DNA of 63,998 nt, filler included, from Olpidium bornovanus S191 (Eukaryota > Fungi > Olpidiomycota): NCBI GenBank assembly GCA_017911155.1. It is 32 parts of 32 records of this genome, joined end to end, with 100 filler letters (N's around TTAATTAATTAA, not from the genome) between each part and the next. Parts side by side here need not be neighbours in the genome. Positions count along the whole stretch, not along the records: positions 34,419 to 35,982 come from JAEFCI010000887.1; positions 36,083 to 37,227 come from JAEFCI010010776.1; positions 37,328 to 38,536 come from JAEFCI010000967.1; positions 38,637 to 40,764 come from JAEFCI010009118.1; positions 40,865 to 43,141 come from JAEFCI010004856.1; positions 43,242 to 47,215 come from JAEFCI010001595.1; positions 47,316 to 49,854 come from JAEFCI010010321.1; 25 more parts are not named here. One strand, written 5' to 3'. The position numbers and the translations under genes are program-made. Below, piece by piece: positions 35,850-47,316 of this stretch (its first letter is position 1; each line of letters begins with the position of its first letter). The notes beneath the pieces are model-generated. The model ran no database searches, had not been told where the DNA came from, and worked only from the letters and a program-made list of their open reading frames with translations.

Positions 35850-36108
35850 GCGGCTCACAACACAAAACGCAGTGCGTCCCCGGGAGGTGACGGTGGCGAA
35901 GAGGACGAGTCCGACGAGGGGGGGGAGGGGGGGGGCCGGGGGGGGGGGGAGGGGGGGGGGAGGGGGGCGGGGGGGGGGGGGGNNNNNNNNNNNNNNNNNN
36001 NNNNNNNNNNNNNNNNNNNNNNNNNNTTAATTAATTAANNNNNNNNNNNNNNNNNNNNNNNNNNNNNNNNNNNNNNNNNNNNAATCTTCACCGACTCAAA
36101 CGCGTAGG

Positions 36109-36527
36109 GCTCGATGTACCTGTTCCCCAGGATACGACTTCCGGAAAACGCGGTGAAGGCCGCCGAAAAGGCCGGCAAGGCGCCTGACGACTTCTACTGC
36201 ATGGCGATGTTGGAGGCAACGGGCGTGGTGAGTCCCGTTTCTCGCCGCTTTTCGCGCTTTTTTTTTCCCTTGCTTTCGCGCTCCACACCCGCCGTGAAAA
36301 AAAAAAGCGAGTGCGAACATGTTTGTCGATCTCGCTTTTCCCCCATCCGCTTTCGAATCCGCGAACCCACTCCCTTGCAGTGCGTCGTCCCTGGGTCCGG
36401 CTTCGGCCAGGTGCCCGGCACGTGGCACTTCCGGACCACGTTCCTGCCTCTGGAGGATCACTACGACGAGTTCTGCAACCTTCTCAAGAAGTTCCACCAG
36501 AATTTCATGGACAGGTACAGGGATTGA
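36109..36527 (+). CDS. ALT1: Alanine aminotransferase, last two exons
   Basis: GSMYLFPRIRLP...PDDFYCMAMLEATGV|CVVPGSGFGQVPGTWHFRTTFLP...FHQNFMDRYRD*. Confidence 0.93.
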
Positions 36528-37141
36528 TTCGGCGAGAAGCCGTCCCCGTCCCCTCTCTCGAATTTTCCTAAAACCGGAAGCCTAAAAAGCGGGAAGTGGG
36601 GATGAGAGCTGCCTTCCCCCCCCCCACCCCCACTTGTATACATATTTTTTTTATTGTCTCGTTCGTCCGCTGTTGAACGAGGACCCGGTTGAGGACCCGG
36701 TCGTCGGGGCGCCAAAGTCAGGAAGGGGCACGGGGGTGCCTGGGGATCACGCGTATTTCATCGAGAGATGCCTGATTTGATGAACTGCGTCCCGGTCGTT
36801 TGAACCTCGCGTGGCTCTCGCTTTTTATATATCGGGCCAGAGATTTTTGCCTGGTCGGGACGGGACTGGCCTTGCAGATACAGCAAGGGAAGGCGCGGAA
36901 CTGGCGCCCGCCGGGACGTCTGGCCTGAGGGCGGACCACCCGCTTATTCTTGGTTTTGGGTCACGGTTGGGGGATATCAGGGGGCTCGGAACATCTCTCT
37001 CTCGGCTGCCTGTCGCGGGATAGTGCGGTTCGCAAATGTTACGGGCACGCATTTGCTCTCGAGCTTCCACCGCCGTGACCGGTTTCGTTCGCGCATACAC
37101 GGTTGCCTGAGGGCGATGTTTTGGCGGCTTTTGAACGCCGT

Positions 37142-37174
<33 letters not shown>

Positions 37175-37334
37175 TGTTTTTGGGGGGGCGACCACTGTGT
37201 TTTTTTGTCTTTCCCTACACGACACAANNNNNNNNNNNNNNNNNNNNNNNNNNNNNNNNNNNNNNNNNNNNTTAATTAATTAANNNNNNNNNNNNNNNNN
37301 NNNNNNNNNNNNNNNNNNNNNNNNNNNGAGAACT

Positions 37335-37560
37335 ATGAGACTCTGGTACTCGCGCAGGCGAGACGCCTGGCCGTGGGGATTCAGCGACGCTGACTACGCC
37401 GGGTGCGCCGAAACACGGAAATCGTCCAGCGGGTACATATACCTCATGTCCAGAGGTTCCGTGAGCTGGATAAGCAGGCACCAGGACATCACCGCCACCT
37501 CCAGTCTGGAGGCAGAATACGTCACGCTGTCGGAAGCTTCTCCGACCAATTCGGCGTATT
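37335..37560 (+). mobile_element. Ty1/copia RNase H relic
   Basis: GFSDADYAGCAETRKSSSGYIYLMSRGSVSWISRHQDITATSSLEAEYVTLSEAS. Confidence 0.88.
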
Positions 37561-37713
37561 CTCCAGCCAATTGAGTGTCACGTGACGGGCATGTGGGTCA
37601 TGTCGCCCCCTCCCCCCCCGTCATCCGCCGAAGCGCCCGTTCACCAAACAACAAGCGGAGAAGCGCGCCGAGGATTAGAACCCGCTCCACATCACCTTTT
37701 CCCGCTGAGCCCC

Positions 37714-38536
37714 ATGTCCTTCTTCCAGAAGCGGGGCGGCGCCCAGGGAAGCGGAGGAGCCGCGTCGTCTTCGACTGCGTCAGCCGGCGCGTCGGCCTCG
37801 AATTCCCTGCAACCATGGGTTGAAAAATAGTTGAGTTGACCGACGGCCGGGCAAACCTATTCCCCCTTCCGCCTCTCGCTCTCCTGCACATCGTCTTGGG
37901 GTTCATGATTCTTCCGCGGAAACACGCTGACTTGATGTCTTGCCCGTTTCCAGTCGACCGAAATCTTTCGACGAGATTGCTGCGCAGGAGGAGGTCGTGA
38001 AGGTGTTGCGACGGACGGTTGAGTCGAATAACGTGAGGCGTAACGGGGAATGGTGGAAGGCCGGATGGCAATCTTGTAGCCAAGTCATTGATGCTCAGGA
38101 TACCCTGCCTCACAGTTGGCCCACCTTTTGTTCTACGGACCGCCGGGAACCGGAAAGACGTCCACTATCCTCACGCTGGCCCGTGAGCTGTACGGGTGCG
38201 TGGCGGTAGAGACTGGCCGCGACACCTCGACCCGGATACGGCTGCAACTTTTGTCTACAACCGTCCAGCCCCGAACTCATGAAGACGCGCGTTCTCGAGC
38301 TCAATGCTTCAGACGAGCGCGGGATCCAGGTCGTGCGGCAGAAGATCAAAAATTTTGCGCGGATCGCTGTCTCCAACTCTTCTGGGTGGGCTACGAAATT
38401 TTCTGGGCGCAGATATACGTCCTGAAAACGGGCACGTGAAATTATTGAATGCGCGACATTTGTTTTTTCTTTTACAGAAGCTCGTACCCTTGTCCGCCGT
38501 ACAAAATTATTATCCTTGACGAGGCCGATTCCATGA
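37714..38536 (+). CDS. RFC2: Replication factor C small subunit (yeast Rfc2 / human RFC4), N-terminal part
   Basis: PWVEKY|[15 protein letters not shown], Walker [40 protein letters not shown]. Four GT-AG introns keep the phase. Confidence 0.93.
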
Positions 38537-39762
38537 NNNNNNNNNNNNNNNNNNNNNNNNNNNNNNNNNNNNNNNNNNNNTTAATTAATTAANNNNNNNN
38601 NNNNNNNNNNNNNNNNNNNNNNNNNNNNNNNNNNNNCATCTCTCGCTCGGCGATGCCATGTGCGTTCCAAGCTTCCGCATGCATTGTTGTCTGTGCCTGG
38701 ACAAACTGGACGTCCTTCTCAAAATACATACTGTGGGAAATATTACGGGGCAGGGTAGAGCTCTATACTGTTAGGCACTACCGCGCAACACACGCACCTT
38801 GCTCACTTGTGTCAGCAGGTGGCACCAAGGCGATGGATTTTTTCTGTCAGGCGCAAGGCCGAACTTGGAAGACAATCCCGGACGAAGTGCCATAAAAGTA
38901 ATAAAAGTTGCTCAATTCACCCCGCCAGCGTTGGCCAGGTAATGGTAGCTACGGACAATGCCTCCACCGTGAGGCGTGCTTATCTACCTAATAGCGTAGG
39001 GGTGCGAGGAGGGAGAAAAATGGGTTCCAAGCGAGACAGCGCCGCCTTTTATACCCCAGCCAGGCCATCTCCCGGCGCTTCCGCTCGTAGTCCTGCCATG
39101 ACGGCGTTTTGGTTTCGGTTTTCCCCGTCCTTTCACGGGATTCTGTCCGACGCGTTGTGCTCGTGCCCCGCTGGATAGTTCCGACAAGGGGTGTTGTCAT
39201 GGTGCTAGTGGGTGTTACCTGGCAACTGCCATGTGCCACTTAATATCCAGTTCCCGTATGGGTGTGCGCGGGCTCCCGGCGAGGTCCGGCTTTCAACGCA
39301 TACTCGGGAAGGCGTACGTGATCCTCTACGCAACGACAAGGGCCAACTGTTTTCTACTTTGAGGGGACGCCCGTCGTGATTGTCATGGGCACGCCAAGAT
39401 GGCGCTCTTATGATGGCGGAATCCAACAGATGACATGCCCGTCGCCGCCCGCGTTCTGCCGTCGCCGCCTTCGCCGTGCGTCCCCGTCAGCGCCGCGCTT
39501 CGCCAAGCCGCCCGCCCGCGCTCTGCGTCGCCGCGCGCACACCACCGCCGCCCCTTCTGGGACCACCTGCTGCTGCGCCCCGCTTTTGCTGAGCGCCCGG
39601 CCTTCTGCTGAGTGCGCTCCGCCTTCTGCTGCGCGCCCCACATTCTTTTGAGCGCGCCCCGCCCTTTGCGCCCCGCCCTTTGCCTCTGCCACTTCACGCG
39701 GCCGCCTTCCTCTGAGTCGCGACCGCCCCTTCCGCGAGCTGCGAGCCTCCATCGCCTAGCTC

Positions 39763-39942
39763 AAGCCGACCGTGTCCGCCAAGTCGACCGTGTCCGCCAA
39801 GTCGACCGTGTCCGCCAAGCCGACCGTGTCCGCCAAGCCCACCGTGTCCGCCAAGCCCACCGTGTCCGCCAAGCCCACCGTGTCCGCCAAGCCCACCGTG
39901 TTCGCCAAACCCACCGTGTCGGCCAAGGCAAGCGTGCCCGTC
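39763..39942. repeat. 18-bp tandem repeat, 9 good units plus 1 degenerate (consensus aagcccaccgtgtccgcc)
   Basis: Units start at 39763, 39781, 39799, 39817, 39835, 39853, 39871, 39889, 39907 and 39925. Translates as (KPTVSA)n on plus or (LADTVG)n on minus. Confidence 0.97.
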
Positions 39943-40332
39943 AAGACGCGCTCAAACCGCTGCGCCGTCGCCGTCCTCACTCCCAACCATTGGTGACAGC
40001 AGTAGCAAAAAAATCGCGTCAAAACCTGACGCGGGACGTTTCCAAACCCAGTTTCTTTGAGATGGATGGGGTTCCAAAAGGGCTCCACTCTCGGAATGCG
40101 GGGATTGCGCTGCTTCTAACATCCAAGAAACTTCTAGGATCTCTGAAAGGGTGGTATATTTTGCAACAAAGGTTATCTAGGACAGTGGAGACGTCCGTAA
40201 TTGTCGTGAGTGTTGGTATGCAATTTCCCAAACTTCGACGGCTTGGTTCACGATGAGGTCACAACGGATTTGGATGCCGTTTGGATCGATGATGCGTGTC
40301 ACGGAGGAAAATAACTCTGCGCTTGTGCCGGG

Positions 40333-40764
40333 TTGCTGGAAAAGCTGCGGGAGTTCAAAGTGCGGCCGCCGCCGCCGCCGCCGCAGGAGGCCGCGAAAAA
40401 CGGCGGCGCGGGCGACCCGCCCGAGCTACCGGACCCTCCGCCGCGGGTGGTTTCCAGGAATGATTTGGATACGCCGTTCGACGAGGAGCCTTTTTGCAGT
40501 GAGTCTCGCCCCCACCCCCCCTTCTTGTTGCGAGTTGACTTTCCAGTCGAGGTGGTCCGGAATAGCGCGATCTGCGGATTCAATAAACCGACCCGCGGAC
40601 TGCTCCGAAAAGCCGGTGTGCGGCAAAAAAAAAAAAAAAAAAGGCCACGTCAAACCTCACCGATATAGGCATATGCGATGAAGACGCTACCGTCAGGTGC
40701 GTGGCATGCGATGGCGACTACTACTGCGCCTCGTGTTTCAAGGAAGGTCATGGTCCTCGGGCCG
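40333..40764 (+). CDS. ZFYVE19: ZFYVE19/ANCHR-like protein, C-terminal zinc-binding domain, partial
   Basis: Splicing TGCA|GTGAGT...TAG|GC gives EEPFCSICDEDATVRCVACDGDYYCASCFKEGH, matching the ZFYVE19 C-terminal motif [28 protein letters not shown]. Confidence 0.8.
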
Positions 40765-40865
40765 NNNNNNNNNNNNNNNNNNNNNNNNNNNNNNNNNNNN
40801 NNNNNNNNTTAATTAATTAANNNNNNNNNNNNNNNNNNNNNNNNNNNNNNNNNNNNNNNNNNNNC

Positions 40866-42941
40866 ATGTCCACGGACGAAACGCAAAGCCGCCCATACCG
40901 CCCGAACGATCTTCTGATGTCCGAAGGAGATCAGGATCCCACAGGGCCGACACAGAAGCGCTCCCACCACCGGGATTATCTTCCGTCTCCCGCACCGTTC
41001 GCAACCGATAAGACAATGTCAGAAAACGGACAAGAGGAGGATCGGCAGCACGTTTCCCGTTCTACATCTGCGGAGAACCCGTTGTCCGCAACGCCGACGG
41101 AAGAATTGCTTCACCACGGATATCCGGCGCAAACGAGTCCGTCAGAGGACACCGGGGGGAAAGAAAGGCCTCCGTTTCACGACTCTGAGGTGGTGGCAGA
41201 TGATGCGAATCAGCTTCTTGCGCAGACGACGCAGGATTCACATCACCCAGACCAACGTCTCCCGCCTCAAACGTCGGATTCCTGCGCAGAGGACGCCATT
41301 CAAGAAGCTTGCCTGAATCGCCATTCAGCCGGCTCGATAGATGATACCTATCTCTTTTCGACAGCGCAACCAGGGCGTCCCAGTCATCAACGTCATCGGC
41401 GACGACCATCATCATCGACGACCAGTCACTTGACCTCAGATGGAAACGCACACCAAAGCTCCGATTCTGTCGCATCTCAAGAGGAACCCGTTTCTGCAGA
41501 TTTGACGCAGGGGGTACAGCAAGGGGACGAACGCCAACCTCCCGCACCGTCGACGTCGGCGCGGGGCGAAGGGCAGGAAGACAACGACACGCCCCGACGC
41601 TCGGATGCCGTCGCGTCCGAAGCTGACGCGTTTTCACCGCCATCCGCGCAGGAGCAGCGCAACGAAACGTACCACGCGATGCCGGAACAACTCGCGCACG
41701 ACCGTCCGTCCGCGGTTGACGAGGGGGAAGAAGAGCACCTGCAGCGCGAACCTCAGCTTCCCGCATCTGCCCCTAACTTGCCGTCCCCGTCACCAACGGA
41801 GGGGCGGCTTCTTCGGCCGCATCCGCGTCACCCCACGCCGCCGGCTGCTGCCGATCCGGCAGCGCACGAAGCGCAAGACGCCCCCCGCGAGCATGAGCGC
41901 CCGGCATCCGATCATCACGACGGGAAAGGGTCCCACCGACTCCGCCAAGCAGACGCCGACGAGGCGGCGCACGGTGTGGAACGTGAATATTACCCGCAGA
42001 AGGAACAGGAGTCGGGCCAGCGCCTTCGGGATCAACCCCGTTCGCTTCTCCCTCAATCCGGCACGCCGCGCGTCCGCGATGTGAACCCGGAACATCAGCC
42101 GGGTTCGCGCGGCTCTGCAAGACAGTGGCTTGATCAAGGTTCCGGAGACGCTGCGCTCGGGTTTGACGGTCTTGCCGCAGACCTCGCGCCGCCCACAGTT
42201 GGTATACGAACGCTTGACGATCCGCGAGCCGCCTGCGGATTTATGATGACGCCCTCCCCCCTTTCTTTTTCACTGCAATTGCAGGATCATTCCATGCCTG
42301 GTATTGTCGACGTCGACGGCACGGCGCATCAGCCGGAGGTGCTCCAGGAACGGGAGCAGACGAGGCGCAGGTCGTTGTGCCGGCAGGAGGAAAAAGTCAC
42401 GAGCAGCTCGAGCGACCTACGTAGTAAAGGACGCCGGCCGACGTCGTCGCAGGGGCCGGTTCTGCCGTCCGAGAGTGCCGAGCGCTCTGCCACCTCTGTC
42501 GTCGACTCCCGGCGCAAGAGGCACGTGAAAAACGAACAGCGGCCCGAGAGGAGCGAGAGAGCGACGGAGCCGGCGCACGCTTCCGACGCTCAACCGGCGG
42601 CAGGCCCGCCAGCCGAGTGCGTCCCGCAAGAGGAGCAAGCCCCACGGGATCCCGTCTCGAGCGGCGCGTGCCCTCGCGCAGCAAAGAGGGCGCCGGCGGA
42701 CTTGGCGGGCAAGATCACCGGCGTGCGCGTTAGCCGCGCGGACTCTTTAAGGCCGGACGTGTTGCTCGTGCACCCGGTGGTTCGGATTCATGTAGTAGGT
42801 GAGGCGCTGGCGTACCTGCCCATCACAGGCGAAACGGGGCGGAGAGGCAACAGGAACGAGGCCAACAGTCTGACCCGCCGACGTCGAACGTTTTGCATTC
42901 ACAAAACGAAAAAAAAGACGCGAACACGGGGTTATATGTGA
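40866..42941 (+). CDS. Long S/E/Q/P/H-rich intrinsically disordered ORF, unknown function (probable intron near 42200-42282)
   Basis: 691-codon open frame with disorder-type composition and no recognisable domain. A polypyrimidine tract and TGCAG acceptor occur near 42260-42283. Confidence 0.6.
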   Translation: MSTDETQSRPYRPNDLLMSEGDQDPTGPTQKRSHHRDYLPSPAPFATDKTMSENGQEEDRQHVSRSTSAENPLSATPTEELLHHGYPAQTSPSEDTGGKERPPFHDSEVVADDANQLLAQTTQDSHHPDQRLPPQTSDSCAEDAIQEACLNRHSAGSIDDTYLFSTAQPGRPSHQRHRRRPSSSTTSHLTSDGNAHQSSDSVASQEEPVSADLTQGVQQGDERQPPAPSTSARGEGQEDNDTPRRSDAVASEADAFSPPSAQEQRNETYHAMPEQLAHDRPSAVDEGEEEHLQREPQLPASAPNLPSPSPTEGRLLRPHPRHPTPPAAADPAAHEAQDAPREHERPASDHHDGKGSHRLRQADADEAAHGVEREYYPQKEQESGQRLRDQPRSLLPQSGTPRVRDVNPEHQPGSRGSARQWLDQGSGDAALGFDGLAADLAPPTVGIRTLDDPRAACGFMMTPSPLSFSLQLQDHSMPGIVDVDGTAHQPEVLQEREQTRRRSLCRQEEKVTSSSSDLRSKGRRPTSSQGPVLPSESAERSATSVVDSRRKRHVKNEQRPERSERATEPAHASDAQPAAGPPAECVPQEEQAPRDPVSSGACPRAAKRAPADLAGKITGVRVSRADSLRPDVLLVHPVVRIHVVGEALAYLPITGETGRRGNRNEANSLTRRRRTFCIHKTKKKTRTRGYM

Positions 42942-43241
42942 AAAAATCTATGCGGTCCAGAGCGGTTGTCACTCCTTCGGACAGGTTCCGCATTGACTGG
43001 ATCATTCCGGCGATGACACCTGTCAGTATTCACTTTAGGCGCGAATATGTTTCCGCCATAATTGACATCTAAAAGTTCCGCGCGCGACCAGCTGTTTGAC
43101 CTCCGCAACCACCACACCCTAGCCCCGCAATGGGAACATGANNNNNNNNNNNNNNNNNNNNNNNNNNNNNNNNNNNNNNNNNNNNTTAATTAATTAANNN
43201 NNNNNNNNNNNNNNNNNNNNNNNNNNNNNNNNNNNNNNNNN

Positions 43242-43342
<101 letters not shown>

Positions 43343-43401
43343 TTACCCCCCCGCCACCGCCGCGGAGGGGAGAGAGAGAGCGTGACGCGCCCCGGAATAT
43401 C

Positions 43402-46400
43402 ATGTACTGCTCGACCCAACGCGATGAGCGGCTGGACTACTACTTCCGCGCCGTGCAGGCAATCATACTCAACAGGCAGAACCCGACAACCGGCCTCATC
43501 CCCGCCTCCGTGGCCGTCACCACTCACGGCAAGTGCACGCGAGGGGGCATGCTCGGGCGGCCGGCCCAAAGGGGCGGTTTCTCCGTTGCGTCTGCTCTCC
43601 TTTTGTTGCTATTTTCTTTTCCAAACTGCTGATCTGGCGCATCCCTCCTTTTCCCGCTCCCCCTTCACCCCCCCAAACTCACCTTCCCACTTTTTTTCCG
43701 GGCGTTTTTCCTGCTTTGACGCGTTCGCATCGTTTGACAGGCGATTACCGGGACGCGTGGGTCAGGTGAGGCTTGGAAGAGTGCGATTTGCAGTATGCGG
43801 GCGCTTTTAAGAATTTTCGTTGCGAGGCCGCCGTGTCCTCGTGTTAGCCCGCATTCGTGTCGCTGGACGCAAACAGCTTTCATCTTCTGTGTCGCGAACT
43901 GGCCTTATTTTGCAGAGATAACGTCTACTCCATATATGCTGTGTTCGGCCTCGCGCTTGCATATAGAAGGCTTGATGACGACCAGGGCCGCGCCTGTAAG
44001 TTATCGGGACGGCGCAGTCGCATGAAACTTCTGTTTCCGTTGGTTCCACGGATTGTGGGCAGCACGTCCGCTGACGGTCTATGGCCAAACCCCTTTCTAA
44101 GATGTTCTCGAACACTCGGTAATCAAGCTAATGCGCGGCCTGCTCTTCTGCATGATGCGCCAGGCGCACAAGGTAGAGCAGTTCAAGAATACCCAGCACA
44201 TCCATCAGTGCTTGCACGGTTGGTAGACTTTAGAATGAAATTCTGTCTTTGGCGTCGACAGCGAAGTGGAATGCTAGTCCCCAGAGAAGAGGACATCTGC
44301 TGACGATTCTTCGTGTTTCTTTCTTTCCAACCGCTTCCCTTCCTGATGCTGGACTAGCAAAATATAACACGAATACGGGCGATACGGTCGTGGGGGATAC
44401 GGAATGGGGTCACCTGCAGCTGGATGCAACGTCTATCTACATTCTTTCTCTCGCACAAATGACGGCGGCGGGGTTACAGATTATTTACACGCTCGATGAG
44501 GTAGACTTCATCCAGAACCTGGTGTTCTACCTTGAGCGGTCCTACCGGTAACGCGCCGCCAGTCGTTTCCGCACTGAGAACCGCTCAAGGAAGCAAACTG
44601 AGTTCTCCGCGTTTTCTCAGGACTCCGGATTACGGCATCTGGGAGAGGGGCAACAAAATTAACCATGGAGAGCCCGAGTTAAACTCGTCCAGTATTGGCA
44701 TGGCGGTTGCGGCTTTGCAGGCGATAAACGGTTTAAACCTATTTGGTAGCAGGGGCGGACCAAGTTCTGTAAGTAGAGCGGCGGCTAGGATTCTCGTCGC
44801 CCTTTTTGGTGTGTCCTGTTAATTACTTTACTATGGTTAATACAGGTAATTCACGTTCTTCCGGACGAGATCACGCGCAACTACACCATTTTGCACTCGA
44901 CGCTTCCACGAGAGTCGAAGTCGAAGGAGGTGGACGCCGCGTTGCTGTCCGTGATAGGTTTTCCGGCGTTCGCTGTTGGCGATCCGAAGCTGATGGCAAG
45001 GACGCACGATGAAATTGTTACGAAGCTGTGCGGGAGATACGGATGCAAGCGATTTCTACGTGACGGACACCAGACGGTTGTGGAAGGTAAGGTATTTCCA
45101 AAAGATTTGGTGAGAAGTACTTGTCTGCTCCTGCAAACCGATTTATGTTTACCCATTTGCAGATACGTCGCGCTTATATTACGATGCCCACGAGCTGAAG
45201 ATCTTCGAGAACATTGAATGCGAATGGCCACTTTTCTTCACCTACTTCATCCTGAATGGCCTGTTCCTTGGTGACGATTCTATGGTGGAGCAGTACAGGA
45301 AGGCTCTTGCGCCGCTCTTAGTCGATTCGTCGACGCTTGGCGAAGAGCTGGGCGCTCGCGTCCAAGAAGCGCTGGCTAGGGGCGATTTTGACGCTTCGAG
45401 AGTCCATCCCCCTCGGACACCTTCGACTCCGGGTTATCTTCCTGAACATGTCATGCTGGTTCCAGAATTGTACTACGTTCCATCGCACCTAGTCAACGCG
45501 GAAAGAGCCGAGCAGCATTCTCAGATCCGCATGCCCAATGATAACATTCCGCTCGTTTGGGCCAATGTGAGTTAGTTATGCTGATCCACAATTTTACACC
45601 ATTTTAATTTATTCTTTGGGTCTAGTCATTGTACATCCTTGGCAATCTCATCTACGAGGATCTTCTGAGCGTGGCCGAGGTCGACCCGCTGGGCCGCCGG
45701 CTGAACGCCATCAAGCCACATACCGACGTCGTCGTCCAGCTGGTTCTCCTTTCCGAGAACGGTGTCCTCCAGCAAAAGCTGGCCATGTATGGCCTTGAGA
45801 CGCAGACCATAGACCAGGTCGCCCCCGTCACTATCAGCCGACCGAGTGCTCTTAAAGAGGTGTACACCACCCTTGGCTACAACGTTAAGCTCGGCCTCAG
45901 CGGAAGGCCGAGGAGGCCAGTTGGCACTCTCAGCACTTGCAAGCTTTACAGGGTACAAGGCCACATGTAAATTGGCGAACCTTTCGTGGTCAGCGATGGT
46001 GACTGGACTATCCCACTTAATCTCATTTTTCCGTCACGGCAGATATGCGTTTACTCCGCATTTCATGGACAAGGAGGAGTTTTATCTTACTAGCGACAAC
46101 GACTACCTCATCTCCGTGTTCGAGCAGGAATTGGCTTTCGTCGCTCAGCACTGGTGGTGCAATGGGCGTCCTATAATGATTTGCCTACTCACGAACGCGA
46201 TGCTCGGGGGAGCTAAGATTCCCCAACAGAAGACGGTTCCACAAGAGCAGGCGCGCGCAAACCTCTCGTCGAAGCGCAACCTCGTACTGCCCGGCTCGGG
46301 CAACGACAAGCGCAACCTGCTCCATTTCATGATGACCCTGCGCACAGGCATGTGCAACGGTGTCCGCGTCCGGCTTGGTCGCCTCGCGGAAATGGTGTCC

Positions 46401-47215
46401 ACCTCGTTTATCGAGTCGCTGGACTTCCTCGTCAACAAGAACGAGATTGACTGGTTCGGAATCCTCCGCGGCGCCTCAAGGTCTGGCGGCAGGCGCAAGC
46501 TCGGCCTCTCAGAAATGGATGGAACCTCTTATCGGCGCTCGGTCCGTCGCAGCATCAGCGGTGGCAGCGGGACTCTTTCCGGCCTGGCCACCCCTTCGTT
46601 TGAGTTCGGCTACGACAAGCTCGGCCCGATGACGCCCCCGTCGTACGGCAACGGGATGCACTTTCCGCCGTTTGCCAGCCCGCTTCCGGACGCACCGTTC
46701 AAATTGAAGGACCACGAGGAACTTGGGGACAGCGTCCTGCACGGTGCTCGCTCGACGACTGTCCAGGACTCGGACCCTGGCGCTGAAAACAAGGTGGAGT
46801 CGCCGCAAGACGTGCTCGACATCTCAATCGACGGTGGGACCGAAGCTCTCGCGCTTACTTTGGGTGACCCCAAGGATGCCGTTGCAGCCGTCAACTTGGT
46901 GGTGTCTTCCGTGAATCTGTTCGATCAGATCGGTATGTTAAGAAGCACATTTTTTTACGGTCCATGTTTCCCGAGCAAATCCGCTAAAACTATGCGTCTT
47001 CAGACGTTCTGCACTACCTCCACTCCTGCTTCGGTCCGAAATACGTAATCGAGCCGCTGGAAACGAGCATTGAGAGCTTGCTTGAAGAGATCTACATGAA
47101 GGCACTCCAGCTGCGGCTCTGGTCGGTCGTTCGGCAAGCCGCAGGGTTGTTGCGTAAAGTGGTGAACTCCCTCACCATCAACATAACGGACGTCCTCATC
47201 CGGCAAAAGCAAGTC
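43402..47215 (+). CDS. PHKA/PHKB: Phosphorylase b kinase regulatory subunit alpha/beta (GH15-like domain), multi-exon, C-terminus truncated
   Basis: [20 protein letters not shown]|[43 protein letters not shown]...[73 protein letters not shown]. Confidence 0.93.
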
Positions 47216-47316
47216 NNNNNNNNNNNNNNNNNNNNNNNNNNNNNNNNNNNNNNNNNNNNTTAATTAATTAANNNNNNNNNNNNNNNNNNNNNNNNNNNNN
47301 NNNNNNNNNNNNNNNC

